From positions 19,517-83,516 of the forward strand of contig DAINOA010000001.1 of the NCBI GenBank assembly GCA_036735625.1: a stretch of 64,000 nucleotides of DNA, read 5' to 3'. Positions within the stretch are counted from its first letter, which is position 1, and each line of letters opens with the position of its first letter. The notes under the pieces were generated by a model. The model had not been told where the DNA came from and ran no database searches. It saw nothing but the letters and a program-made list of their open reading frames with translations. The stretch comes from Planktosalinus sp. (lineage in GTDB: Bacteria; Bacteroidota; Bacteroidia; Flavobacteriales; Flavobacteriaceae). Below, in pieces: positions 38,053-47,876 of this stretch. The position numbers and the translations under genes were made by a program.

Positions 38053-39651
38053 CTATTTTTTAATAAACTTTAATCGAGCCGATTGACCATTTATATTGAG
38101 ATGTATGAAATACAATCCGGTGTTGAGGCTTGACACATCAATGGTGTTGTTCTCAAGCGTATTCATTAAAACAGTTCTTCCCATCACATCATAAACAGCC
38201 ACAGAAGCTCCTTTTAGGTTTTCGATGTAGTTTATGGTTATGAAGTTTGCGGCCGGGTTTGGCGACAATGAAATAGTAGTAAGTTTGTCGTCTCTTACAC
38301 TAAGTGTTTGCCCTTCTATAACGAGGTGAGCAGTGTTTATATCGGGGTTTGTGATTACATCTACAATGCCTGATGGCCATTTAATAACAAGCTCATCTAT
38401 TTCGGTATCGCTCCCAATACCAAAGTGCGTGTTTAAAGTGCTCATATATCTGAACCCTTCGCCGCTTCTTACGTCTCTTATTTGTGTGCCAAGGGCGCTT
38501 GTGATTTCAACTCTGGCACCAATACCATTTCTGTTACTTTCTACGCCTTGAGTATTTATTACAATCCAGTTATTGTCATTGCCGTCATTGAAATGAATAT
38601 TACCTGATCTGAAGGCGTCAAGGAAGCCATCATTGTTTAAATCGGCAATGGAAGCTGATGAAAAAGGAGCAGCAACCGGTGTAAAAGTCATGTCCCCGTT
38701 ATTCAAAAAAATCGTGTTTGAATTCCCCATGATGTCCAAAAAGCCATCGTTATTAAAATCATACGTGGCGTGTTCAGTACTTGTCCCTCCAAAAATATCA
38801 AAGCCTGAACCTTCGGTGATATCTGTAAAGGTGCCGTCACCATTGTTTCTCATTAATGCATGACCTCCGTCTGAAAATGAACTTACTCCAACCATCAAAT
38901 CCATAAATCCATCATTATCAAAATCACCCGCAGCAGCAGACCAGGTTTGATGTGGGTTGTCTAGCCCGGCTTCAACGGCAACATCAGTAAATGTTCCGTC
39001 ACCATTATTTCTAAACAATTGATTGGTTCTTCTGTCAACACCTCCACCACATTTTGCCATAAACATATCTTGAAGACCGTCGTTATTATAATCAAACCAT
39101 ACAGAGCCATAGTGCCCTCCTGAAGGGAAGTCACCAATGCCTCCTTGATTAAATTCTAAATTACCATTACCATCGTTAATATAATAAACATTTGGCGCAA
39201 CATCATGACAAACAAACGCGTCTAGATGACCATCATTATTTAAGTCAACAAAATTTGTTCTTTGTGAAAAAACAAATTGGGGAAATGTAACCTCGTCATA
39301 TTGGGTGCCATCTTCATTAGCAATCATAAAAGTGACCCCAGACCCGCCGCCATAAAGTAAATCGTTAAACCCATTTCCGGTTAAGTCGCCAGCTGCGAGA
39401 CTCCAAGAGGGCAAATTTCCTGCAGGAGTAGTCGTAAAGTTTTGTTCCGTAAAAGTGCCGTCTGGATTTTGATAAAAAATTTGAATGTTTGTACTGTTTA
39501 CTGATACAATATCGTCCAGATAATCTCCGTTCATATCAACTGCACAAATATTGTACTGTCCTGAAGTAGCAAACGCTTGAGTTGTGAAACTTATTTGAGA
39601 GAGACTGCCTGTTGTAACAAGTAATGCTAATAGATATATTGAATTTTTCAT
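38053..39651 (-). CDS. T9SS-secreted FG-GAP/ASPIC-UnbV (CRTAC1-like) protein, copy B
   Basis: Signal peptide; seven DxNxDGxxD-type repeats; SNRNGIGARV..KWPSG ASPIC domain; PNPA...YD..G...G.Y......KFIKK T9SS type A CTD. Confidence 0.88.
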   Translation of the reverse strand: MKNSIYLLALLVTTGSLSQISFTTQAFATSGQYNICAVDMNGDYLDDIVSVNSTNIQIFYQNPDGTFTEQNFTTTPAGNLPSWSLAAGDLTGNGFNDLLYGGGSGVTFMIANEDGTQYDEVTFPQFVFSQRTNFVDLNNDGHLDAFVCHDVAPNVYYINDGNGNLEFNQGGIGDFPSGGHYGSVWFDYNNDGLQDMFMAKCGGGVDRRTNQLFRNNGDGTFTDVAVEAGLDNPHQTWSAAAGDFDNDGFMDLMVGVSSFSDGGHALMRNNGDGTFTDITEGSGFDIFGGTSTEHATYDFNNDGFLDIMGNSNTIFLNNGDMTFTPVAAPFSSASIADLNNDGFLDAFRSGNIHFNDGNDNNWIVINTQGVESNRNGIGARVEITSALGTQIRDVRSGEGFRYMSTLNTHFGIGSDTEIDELVIKWPSGIVDVITNPDINTAHLVIEGQTLSVRDDKLTTISLSPNPAANFITINYIENLKGASVAVYDVMGRTVLMNTLENNTIDVSSLNTGLYFIHLNINGQSARLKFIKK

Positions 39652-39670
39652 CTGAATTTGTTTTAGTATT

Positions 39671-41284
39671 TTACTTTTTAATAAACTTTAATCGAGCCAT
39701 TTGACCGTTTAAATTAAGATTCAAAAAGTACAGCCCGGTATTGAGAGTTGATACATCAAGTGTATTATTCTCCAATATTTTACTTAAAACAGTTCTTCCC
39801 ATCACGTCATAGATAGCAACAGCAGTTCCTTTTAAGTTTTCATTATAGTTGATTGTTATTAAGTTTGTCGCCGGGTTAGGGAATAATGAAATATTTGCTA
39901 GCCTATTTTCATCAATACCAAGTGTTTGGCCTTCTATAATGAGGTGAGCAGTGTTTATATCGGGATTTGTGATGACATCTACAATGCCTGAGGGCCATTT
40001 AATAACAAGCTCATCTATTTCTGTATCGCTCCCTATACCAAAGTGAGTGTTCAATGTACTCATATATCTAAATCCTTCGCCGCTTCTTACGTCTCTTATT
40101 TGTGTGCCCAGTGCACTTGTGATTTCAACTCGCGCCCCAATACCATTTCTGTTACTTTCTACGCCCTGAGTATTGATTACAATCCAGTTATTATCATTGC
40201 CGTCATTGTAGTGAATGTTTCCTCCTCTAAAAGCATCTAGGAAGCCATCGTTGTTTAAATCGGCTATGGAAGCTCCTGAAAATGGCACTATAAAGGGCGT
40301 AAACGTCATATCTCCATTATTGAGGTAAATAGTGTTTGAATTCCCCATAATGTCAAGATAACCATCATTATTAAAATCATAAGTGCTGTGTTCTATGCTA
40401 GTTCCTCCAAAAAGATCAAAGCCAGAGCCGGCAGTAATATCTGTGAAGGTACCGTCGCCATTATTTCTCATCAATTTGTGACTTCCGTCTGAAAATGAAC
40501 TGGCGCCAACCAAAACATCCATAAAACCGTCATTGTCAAAATCGCCCCAGGCTGATGACCAGGTTTGGATGGGGTCTCTCAATCCAGATTCAACGCTCAC
40601 ATCTGTAAAGGTTCCATCTCCGTTATTTCTATGAAGTTCATTGAACTTTGCTGTGGCACCTTGACCGCCGCCGCTACACTTAGCGATGAATAAATCCAGA
40701 TTGCCGTCATTATTATAGTCTATCCAGATAGACCCATAATGGCCCCCAACAGGAACATCTCCCAGCCCCCCTTGATTGTATTCTAAATTACCATCCCCGT
40801 CGTTAATATAATAGACATTAGGTGCAATATCGTGACAGGCAAAGGCGTCAAGATTTCCGTCATTGTCAATATCAACAAAGTTTGTGCGTTGTACAAACAC
40901 AAATTGAGGAAAAGAAACTTCTGTAAAACCAGCGCCATTATTATCTGCATACATAAAAGTAACTCCACTGCTGCTTCCGAACATCAAATCGTTGAAGCCG
41001 TTACCGGTTATATCGCCGGCGGCAAGACTCCAAGAAGGCAAATTGTTTGCCGGAGTGGTTGTAAAGTTTTGTTCTGTAAAAGTACCATCTATGTTTTGGT
41101 AGAAGATCTGGATGTTTGTACTGCTAACTGAGACAATGTCGTCCAGATAGTCCCCATTCATATCTACAGCGCAAATATTGTATTGCCCGGATGTGGGAAT
41201 GATTTCTGTGGTAAAACTAATTTGTGCATAAAAGCCTTGGATACTTAAGCCAAGGGCAAAGACTGCTAATGTAATTTTTTTCAT
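39671..41284 (-). CDS. T9SS-secreted FG-GAP/ASPIC-UnbV (CRTAC1-like) protein, copy A
   Basis: Same architecture as 38053-39651; collinear paralog. Confidence 0.88.
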   Translation of the reverse strand: MKKITLAVFALGLSIQGFYAQISFTTEIIPTSGQYNICAVDMNGDYLDDIVSVSSTNIQIFYQNIDGTFTEQNFTTTPANNLPSWSLAAGDITGNGFNDLMFGSSSGVTFMYADNNGAGFTEVSFPQFVFVQRTNFVDIDNDGNLDAFACHDIAPNVYYINDGDGNLEYNQGGLGDVPVGGHYGSIWIDYNNDGNLDLFIAKCSGGGQGATAKFNELHRNNGDGTFTDVSVESGLRDPIQTWSSAWGDFDNDGFMDVLVGASSFSDGSHKLMRNNGDGTFTDITAGSGFDLFGGTSIEHSTYDFNNDGYLDIMGNSNTIYLNNGDMTFTPFIVPFSGASIADLNNDGFLDAFRGGNIHYNDGNDNNWIVINTQGVESNRNGIGARVEITSALGTQIRDVRSGEGFRYMSTLNTHFGIGSDTEIDELVIKWPSGIVDVITNPDINTAHLIIEGQTLGIDENRLANISLFPNPATNLITINYNENLKGTAVAIYDVMGRTVLSKILENNTLDVSTLNTGLYFLNLNLNGQMARLKFIKK

Positions 41285-41310
41285 TTTAATTTCGTATTAA
41301 AATTTAGTAA

Positions 41311-42693
41311 TTATTCGCAATTGCCTTCTAGTGAATTTATCCATTCAACTAATAGGGAAACTGCTTCTTCGTGAATTAAATTTCTGCCAATAAGTGGCAT
41401 TTTTATAGCATCTTCTGTCGTATTCATTCTAAAATAAATTACAGAGTTTTCAATGTCTCCGGGAGCAATCAAATGAGAGGGGTCTTCCTCTATCCAGATA
41501 CTAATATCCCCTTCAGGTTCTACACAAATTCCTAAATTTTCTGGGTTTGAAGACTCGTTAAAAGCGAGTCTTATGGGCCTGTAATCACAATGCCCGCCTG
41601 GTGAGTGACAATGGGCGCAGTTTGAATCAAAATAAGAGCGCATTCTCAATTCTAAGGGTTGAGAGGGGTCGTCCCATTTTACAGTTGTGTTAATATTTCC
41701 GGGGTAATTACTGTGCAGATATCCCATTTCTTCCCATTTGGCAAGTTGGTTTTTATTGCCCTCCGGAAAGTTAAAAATTGAATTGATGTTTTGCGGTTTG
41801 GGTCCAATGGGTATGGCGTCGTTGATTGTTTTGTGGCAGGTCAAGCATTCTGCCTGAGAGGGGATTCTATAATTTACAGATTTTGTTTCGCCATTTTGAA
41901 GCCATTCTATGGGTACATTTCTTCCTTGCATATCATAAACGGCTTCTGTTTGCTCTTCATTCCAGATGTATTCTGCAAAAATCCATTCAGTGGGCATTTT
42001 TATAAGCAATCTCGTTTCTAAAATTTTGGTTTGGTTCTCTGGCAACACATTGTCATAATAGAAGTTTTTTATCATAATCGTTCCAACCGGAAAATCAAAA
42101 ATGGCTCCATCGCTCACATAACTAGACGAAGTACCTGTGGGCATCCATATAAACCGTTTCTTAATTGCATAATCTGTAAACAAAGGCGTGATTAACTCAT
42201 AAGGGAGCACTCCATATACTGGGTTTAAATTAGCCATGTTTCCTTCATAAAAATTGTATTCTGAGAGCGTGGCATACGGAAAATTATCTAAGTCAAAGTT
42301 TACCGGAGAGGCTTCCAAAACATTGACGGTTACTGTCTCTGTAGCACAATTTTCTGTGTTATCACAAATTGTATATTGAAAAGTATCCTCCCCCACATAA
42401 GTAATGCTTGGAGTGTATAGAACGATATCATCGCTTGGATTGTTTGGAGTGTTGTTTGGGTCTAAGACTGTGGCGGTGCCTTGAGATGGCACAGTTACAA
42501 TAAGAGTTCCTGATGCTGGAACATTTTCATCATTAGCTAGAACGTTTATTTCTACCGTCAAATTTCTAAAAACTTCAACTGCGTCACTCTCTGTAATAAT
42601 ATTTAATGGCACATAATTGTCATCGTCTGATGAGCAAGAATAGAAAAAGGCTGCTAAAAAAATTATTGAAATGGGGAATTTTGTTTTAAGCAT
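41311..42693 (-). CDS. Lipoprotein with Ig-like domain and di-heme c-type cytochrome domain (SO2930-like)
   Basis: Lipobox FFYSC plus SSDDD; NVLAND...YTP...G.D.F.YTICD Ig module; LS.Y.F, PY....PLF.DYA.K.R, FP.GT...K.F, ETRLL; CLTCH and CAHCH; C-terminal MP..GR. Confidence 0.82.
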   Translation of the reverse strand: MLKTKFPISIIFLAAFFYSCSSDDDNYVPLNIITESDAVEVFRNLTVEINVLANDENVPASGTLIVTVPSQGTATVLDPNNTPNNPSDDIVLYTPSITYVGEDTFQYTICDNTENCATETVTVNVLEASPVNFDLDNFPYATLSEYNFYEGNMANLNPVYGVLPYELITPLFTDYAIKKRFIWMPTGTSSSYVSDGAIFDFPVGTIMIKNFYYDNVLPENQTKILETRLLIKMPTEWIFAEYIWNEEQTEAVYDMQGRNVPIEWLQNGETKSVNYRIPSQAECLTCHKTINDAIPIGPKPQNINSIFNFPEGNKNQLAKWEEMGYLHSNYPGNINTTVKWDDPSQPLELRMRSYFDSNCAHCHSPGGHCDYRPIRLAFNESSNPENLGICVEPEGDISIWIEEDPSHLIAPGDIENSVIYFRMNTTEDAIKMPLIGRNLIHEEAVSLLVEWINSLEGNCE

Positions 42694-42777
42694 AACTGAA
42701 ATTTTTTAATTTACTGTAAATCAAGGGTACAATATAGTTGATTTTTGTGAATTTTTTTACACAGTATTAAATTGTTT

Positions 42778-43899
42778 TTACTCAAATGTGAGTTCTGCTA
42801 ATTCCTTTCCAACCATTGAGCCAATTGCCACTCCCATACCCCCAAGCCTTATACCACAATAAGCATTATCTGAAAGCTGTTTAATGATGGGCTTTTTCTG
42901 GGTTCCCACCCCCATAATACCGCTCCATCTTTGGTCAATCTCAAAGGGTTGATTAGGAAATATTACCTCCTTCAACAATTGATCGAGATGTGTTTGGATT
43001 TTTTCTGTTAGGCCTAGTTTTGTTGTTTCTTCTTGATTAAAATCAAGATTTCTTCCTCCTCCCAAAAGGATTCTCCCATCAATATTTCTAAAATAATTAT
43101 ATCCTTTATCAAGATGAAAGTTTCCTTTTAAATGTAAATTTTTTATTGGTTTTGTAATAAGAACCTGCGCTCTTGCCGGCTGAATATTCTCATCTAAAAT
43201 TTCATTTGCAAAACCATTTGTTGCAATTAAAAGTTTATTAGTTTCAAACTGAAAATTGTCGTTGATTTCAATCGATACAGTGCTTTTGTTGTCACTGAAT
43301 TTTGAAACCTCAATGCCATTAAGAATTAAAATGTCTTTTGAAATTGCCTTTTTTACAAGAGCGATCATCATTTTTCCGGTATCAATTTGACCTTCAAATG
43401 GGGTAAAAAATACATTTTCGATAATATTTTTAAAACCAAACTGATTTTTAGACTCTATAAATGCTTCCGCTTTGAATAATGGTTTTAGTAATCTATTGAC
43501 GGTTTCTTTTTTTGTTAAGCAGCTTTCAAAAAGTGGACTATCATTTATTCTAAACAATTCATTTCCTCCCCATTCTTGATAATCAATTGTGGCATCTCCT
43601 AAGTTTTTTCGGAGAAAATCCAATCCATCCAACCTCATTTTAACAAGCTTAAAAACTTCCTCTTCAGAGTGGTGTTTTAAGTCCTCCGCAATTTCTGACA
43701 GACTTCCAAAGCAAGCAAAACCGGCATTTTTTGTGCTTGCCCCGCTTGGTAAAGGGCCTCTTTCCAAAACAAGAATTTTACTTTTTGGATATTTTTTTCT
43801 AAGACTGAGCGCGCAATTTAAACCCACAATTCCACTTCCCACAACTGTAAAGTCGAGGGATTGAAACCAAGATTTATTTTCCCAATAGCTTAAGTGCAT
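42778..43899 (-). CDS. FAD-dependent oxidoreductase (DAO/PuuB-like)
   Basis: VVGSGIVGL, VLERG..P.GAST.NAGF, ATNG, W.GIMG, GMGVA.G. Confidence 0.88.
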   Translation of the reverse strand: MHLSYWENKSWFQSLDFTVVGSGIVGLNCALSLRKKYPKSKILVLERGPLPSGASTKNAGFACFGSLSEIAEDLKHHSEEEVFKLVKMRLDGLDFLRKNLGDATIDYQEWGGNELFRINDSPLFESCLTKKETVNRLLKPLFKAEAFIESKNQFGFKNIIENVFFTPFEGQIDTGKMMIALVKKAISKDILILNGIEVSKFSDNKSTVSIEINDNFQFETNKLLIATNGFANEILDENIQPARAQVLITKPIKNLHLKGNFHLDKGYNYFRNIDGRILLGGGRNLDFNQEETTKLGLTEKIQTHLDQLLKEVIFPNQPFEIDQRWSGIMGVGTQKKPIIKQLSDNAYCGIRLGGMGVAIGSMVGKELAELTFE

Positions 43900-43903
43900 C
43901 TGT

Positions 43904-43929
43904 AAAAAAAAGCTCCATTAAGGAGCTTT
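43904..43929 (-). terminator. Intrinsic terminator after accC
   Basis: Minus strand AAAGCTCC-TTAAT-GGAGC followed by T8. Confidence 0.75.
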
Positions 43930-43935
43930 GTTTGA

Positions 43936-45288
43936 TTATTCTTCTTCGGGTTCTTCCATTTTGAAAGATTCCATGAATTTTGTTGTATAGTTTCCTGCTA
44001 AATAATCAGGATGATCCATCAATTGTCTGTGAAACGGGATAGTGGTTTTAACTCCTTCAATCACAAACTCGTCCAGTGCTCTTTTCATTTTATTAATTGC
44101 TTCCTCACGTGTTTGAGCAGTTGTGATGAGTTTTGCAATCATCGAGTCATAGTTTGGCGGGATGCTATACCCGGCATACACATGAGTATCTAATCTTACC
44201 CCGTGACCGCCAGGAGCATGAAGCACAGTGATTTTTCCCGGTGAGGGTCTAAAATCGTTGTAAGGGTCTTCCGCATTAATACGACATTCTATCGAATGTA
44301 AGTTTGGCGTATAGTTTTTACCTGAAATGGGCACTCCTGCTGCAACAAGTATTTGCTCTCTGATTAAATCAAAATCAATAACCTGTTCTGTGATGGGGTG
44401 CTCGACCTGGATGCGCGTATTCATTTCCATGAAATAGAAATTTCTGTGTTTATCAACCAAAAATTCTACTGTTCCGGCTCCTTCATATTTAATAAATTCT
44501 GCGGCTTTTACGGCTGCATCTCCCATGGCTTTTCTTAGCTTTGTTGTCATAAAGGGAGAGGGTGTTTCTTCTGTGAGCTTTTGGTGCCTTCTTTGAACAG
44601 AACAGTCTCTTTCTGAAAGGTGACAGGCTTTTCCGGTTGAATCTCCCACCACTTGTATTTCAATGTGTCTGGGTTCTTCAATGAGTTTTTCCATATACAT
44701 ACCGTCATTTCCAAAGGCGGCACCGGCTTCTTGTCTGGCAGAGTCCCAGGCTGTCTTCAGGTTTTCCTTTTTCCAAACGGCTCTCATACCTTTACCTCCT
44801 CCACCTGCAGTTGCTTTTAGCATCACAGGATAGCCCATTTTATCAGCCGTTTTTTCTGCATCTGCATAGTCTTTTAAAAGACCTTCTGAACCGGGAATAC
44901 AAGGTACTCCTGCCGCAATCATGGTAGCTCTGGCAGATGCTTTATCTCCCATTTTATCTATCATTTCCGGAGAAGCACCAATGAATTTAATACCGTGATC
45001 TTTACAGATGGCTGAAAACTTAGCATTTTCTGATAAAAATCCGTAACCGGGATGAATGGCGTCAGCATTAGTAATTTCTGCTGCAGCAATTATATTTGAC
45101 ATTTTAAGGTAAGATAAATTACTGGGTGGCGGGCCGATACAAACTGCTTCGTCTGCAAACTTTACGTGTAGGCTTTCGGCATCTGCTGTAGAATATACCG
45201 CGACTGTTTTTATTCCCATTTCTTTACAGGTTCTTATAACCCGTAAAGCAATTTCGCCTCTGTTTGCGATAAGTACCTTTTTAAACAT
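43936..45288 (-). CDS. accC: Acetyl-CoA carboxylase biotin carboxylase subunit
   Basis: [54 protein letters not shown]. Confidence 0.97.
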   Translation of the reverse strand: MFKKVLIANRGEIALRVIRTCKEMGIKTVAVYSTADAESLHVKFADEAVCIGPPPSNLSYLKMSNIIAAAEITNADAIHPGYGFLSENAKFSAICKDHGIKFIGASPEMIDKMGDKASARATMIAAGVPCIPGSEGLLKDYADAEKTADKMGYPVMLKATAGGGGKGMRAVWKKENLKTAWDSARQEAGAAFGNDGMYMEKLIEEPRHIEIQVVGDSTGKACHLSERDCSVQRRHQKLTEETPSPFMTTKLRKAMGDAAVKAAEFIKYEGAGTVEFLVDKHRNFYFMEMNTRIQVEHPITEQVIDFDLIREQILVAAGVPISGKNYTPNLHSIECRINAEDPYNDFRPSPGKITVLHAPGGHGVRLDTHVYAGYSIPPNYDSMIAKLITTAQTREEAINKMKRALDEFVIEGVKTTIPFHRQLMDHPDYLAGNYTTKFMESFKMEEPEEE

Positions 45289-45364
45289 AGTTTTTTAAGT
45301 TAAAGTTTAAAACTTAAATAGTTTTTATATTCTAAAAATAGAAACTGATATTAACAGCTTGGTT

Positions 45365-45850
45365 TTATGACGGATCAATTAAAAATAAAGGCTGGTCAAA
45401 CTCAACCGGGGAGGAGTCGTCAACGAGTACTTTTACAATTTTACCTGACACCTCGCTTTCAATTTCATTGAAAAGTTTCATCGCCTCAATAACACAAAGC
45501 GGGTCTCCTGCTTTGATTGTGCTTCCCACTTCAACAAAAGAGGGCTTGTCTGGCGAAGGTTTTCTGTAAAAAGTTCCAATAATGGGCGATTTAATCGTTA
45601 CATATTTGTCCTCTTCATTTGCAATTGCATCAACTTTTTCTGGTGTTGATTGTGTGAGCTGCTGTTGTTGAGCAGGTTGCTGAGAATGTTGCTGCTGAAC
45701 GGGGACTTGTTGAATATAAGTGGTTTCACCTTTTGATTCTTCTCCGCCTGTTTTTATGGTGATTTTTATATCTCCCATTTCAAGCTTAACTTCGCTAGCG
45801 CCGGATTTGGCAACGAATTTAATTAGGTTTTGAATTTCTTTGATATCCAT
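45365..45850 (-). CDS. accB: Biotin carboxyl carrier protein
   Basis: SPIIGTFYR, IEAMKLFNEI biotinylation motif; Q-rich linker. Confidence 0.97.
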   Translation of the reverse strand: MDIKEIQNLIKFVAKSGASEVKLEMGDIKITIKTGGEESKGETTYIQQVPVQQQHSQQPAQQQQLTQSTPEKVDAIANEEDKYVTIKSPIIGTFYRKPSPDKPSFVEVGSTIKAGDPLCVIEAMKLFNEIESEVSGKIVKVLVDDSSPVEFDQPLFLIDPS

Positions 45851-45876
45851 AATATTGATTTTAGTTTTGGTTTTGT

Positions 45877-46872
45877 TTAACTGTTATATGCCCATTTAAG
45901 ATATATTGATCCCCAGGTAAATCCTCCTCCAAAAGAAGCAAAAACCAGGTTATCTCCTTTTTTGAGTTGTTTTTCATAGTCACCCAACAGCAATGGGAGT
46001 GTCGCTGAGGTTGTATTTCCATATCGGTGAATATTCATCATGACTTTACTTTCATCAAGCTTCATCCTTCTTGCTGTAGCATCAACGATTCTCTTGTTAG
46101 CTTGATGTGGCACCAGCCAGTTTACGGCTTCATTTGTCAGATTATTTCTAAGCATTATTTTTTCACTCACATCTGCCATATTGGAAACGGCAAATTTAAA
46201 AACAGTCTGACCATCTTGAAACACATAATGTTGTTTGTTTGCAACTGTTTCTGCTGAAGCAGGAAGTATAGAACCACCGGCATCAATTTTTAATGATTGT
46301 CTTCCAATGCCGTCTGTTCTTAAATATTCATCTTGAAGGCCCAGGCCTTCCTCATTAGGTTCAAATAAAACGGCTCCTCCTCCATCTCCAAAAATAATGC
46401 AGGTGGTGCGGTCTTCATAGTCTATAATTGAAGACATTTTATCTGCTCCTATGAGCAATACTTTTTTATACCTTCCTGCTTCAATATATCTAGCTGCAGT
46501 TGACATACCAAAAAGAAAACTTGAACAGGCTGCTATTAAATCATACGAAAAAGCGTTCACTGCGCCTATTTCGGTGGCAACATAGGCTGAAGTGATAGCA
46601 ACAGGCATATCTGGTGTGGCGGTTGCCATAATGACCAAGTCAATTTCTTTGGGGTCGAGATTTTTCTTTTGAAGTAAATCTTTTGCGGCTTGAATTGCCA
46701 GATAAGAGGTGCCTTTGCCTTTATCTTTTAAGATTCTTCTCTCTTTAATTCCTGTTCTAGAGGTTATCCATTCATCATTTGTATCAACCATGCTTTCAAG
46801 CATTTTGTTGGTTAATACAAAATCTGGAACATAAGCTCCTACAGCTGTAATGGCTGCTGTGATTTTGTTCAT
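45877..46872 (-). CDS. fabH: Beta-ketoacyl-ACP synthase III
   Basis: RTGIKERR, AACS, FGDG.GA, PHQAN.RI, YGNT, FGGGFTWG. Confidence 0.96.
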   Translation of the reverse strand: MNKITAAITAVGAYVPDFVLTNKMLESMVDTNDEWITSRTGIKERRILKDKGKGTSYLAIQAAKDLLQKKNLDPKEIDLVIMATATPDMPVAITSAYVATEIGAVNAFSYDLIAACSSFLFGMSTAARYIEAGRYKKVLLIGADKMSSIIDYEDRTTCIIFGDGGGAVLFEPNEEGLGLQDEYLRTDGIGRQSLKIDAGGSILPASAETVANKQHYVFQDGQTVFKFAVSNMADVSEKIMLRNNLTNEAVNWLVPHQANKRIVDATARRMKLDESKVMMNIHRYGNTTSATLPLLLGDYEKQLKKGDNLVFASFGGGFTWGSIYLKWAYNS

Positions 46873-46992
46873 ACTACAAAGTTAAATTCGCTAAAAATTG
46901 ACCAAAACACGTATAATTTGATGAAAATACGAAAATAATGTCAAAAAACGTTGCAAATTAAGCTGTTTTTGAGATATAGAAAAGATAAAAAC

Positions 46993-47021
46993 AAAAAAAC
47001 TCTCACATCGAGTGAGAGTTT
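46993..47021 (-). terminator. Intrinsic terminator after rpmF
   Basis: AAACTCTCAC-ATCGA-GTGAGAGTTT with a U tract on the minus strand. Confidence 0.8.
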
Positions 47022-47049
47022 AAGAATATTTTCTTGAAAAAGGAGCTGT

Positions 47050-47247
47050 TTAAGATTCTACTTCTTCAACCGAGTCAATAACAATCTGACCTCTATAATA
47101 AAGTTTTCCTTCATGCCAGTGTGCTCTGTGGTAAAGGTGTGCTTCACCTGTAGTTGGATCAGTTCCTATTTGAGGAGCGGTTGCTTTGTAGTGTGTTCTC
47201 CTTTTGTCTCTTCTGGTCTTTGATATTTTTCTCTTTGGATGTGCCAT
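47050..47247 (-). CDS. rpmF: 50S ribosomal protein L32
   Basis: [19 protein letters not shown]...HR....G..YYRG; yceD-rpmF-fabH synteny. Confidence 0.97.
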   Translation of the reverse strand: MAHPKRKISKTRRDKRRTHYKATAPQIGTDPTTGEAHLYHRAHWHEGKLYYRGQIVIDSVEEVES

Positions 47248-47255
47248 TGCAATAT

Positions 47256-47795
47256 TTATTTATCCGTTAATAGTTTTTTTAGTTCGTCCCACCTGGGATC
47301 TATTTCATTTTTTGAAGATTGCTCTTCGGTTTCTTTAGGTGTTAATTCCTTAAGTTTATCAAGTATTTCTGAATCCAATGTGCCATCTTCAACCCCAGGG
47401 TGTACTCTTCTGGCCGGTAAAGACAAAATAACAAGTTCATAAACATATTGCTGAATATTAACTTCATAAGTGCCTTGTGGAACTACCAAAAGCGTATCGT
47501 CTTCATCGTTATATTCATCTCCAAAGTTTACTACAAGATGATGAACCCCTTCAACCACTTGGTCATAAGGTTCATTTGTTACATCGCAGTTCACATTAAC
47601 AATACCGCTGACTGAAAATTGAAACTCAAGAGAATTTGATTTTTTAATAAGCAACGCTTTTGCTAAAACGGCAACATTATTAAATTCATTGTACTCAAAA
47701 TGTGTAAAGAACGTATTATCAATTTTGTACAGAAAATGATGCTCACCTTGCTTCAATCCTACAAAAGGGATTGTAAACTCTTTCATATGCTTCAT
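47256..47795 (-). CDS. yceD: YceD/DUF177 family protein
   Basis: CD, YE...L.LP, C-terminal IDPRW..LKKL; directly upstream of rpmF. Confidence 0.88.
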   Translation of the reverse strand: MKHMKEFTIPFVGLKQGEHHFLYKIDNTFFTHFEYNEFNNVAVLAKALLIKKSNSLEFQFSVSGIVNVNCDVTNEPYDQVVEGVHHLVVNFGDEYNDEDDTLLVVPQGTYEVNIQQYVYELVILSLPARRVHPGVEDGTLDSEILDKLKELTPKETEEQSSKNEIDPRWDELKKLLTDK

Positions 47796-47839
47796 TACAT
47801 CAATTATTTTTACCCAATGGCTTTCGTCAAAGGCGGGTG

Positions 47840-47847
47840 CAAAGATA
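47840..47847 (-). promoter_or_regulatory. -7 promoter element (TATCTTTG) for yceD-rpmF
   Basis: Exact consensus 44 nt upstream of the ATG. Confidence 0.65.
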
Positions 47848-47876
47848 AAAAATTATTTCAATGCATTGATATTTTA

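Noticed and set aside
38053..41284. Diversity-generating retroelement or phase-variable cassette explanation for the paralogs
   Set aside because: There is no reverse transcriptase or recombinase in the window, and the differences I compared are third-position changes of several base types, not adenine-specific.
46873..47049. No plsX between rpmF and fabH
   Set aside because: No remnant is visible, and to my knowledge this arrangement is normal in Flavobacteriaceae.
47050..47247. L32 lacks zinc-ribbon cysteines
   Set aside because: Cys-minus L32 variants are well known.
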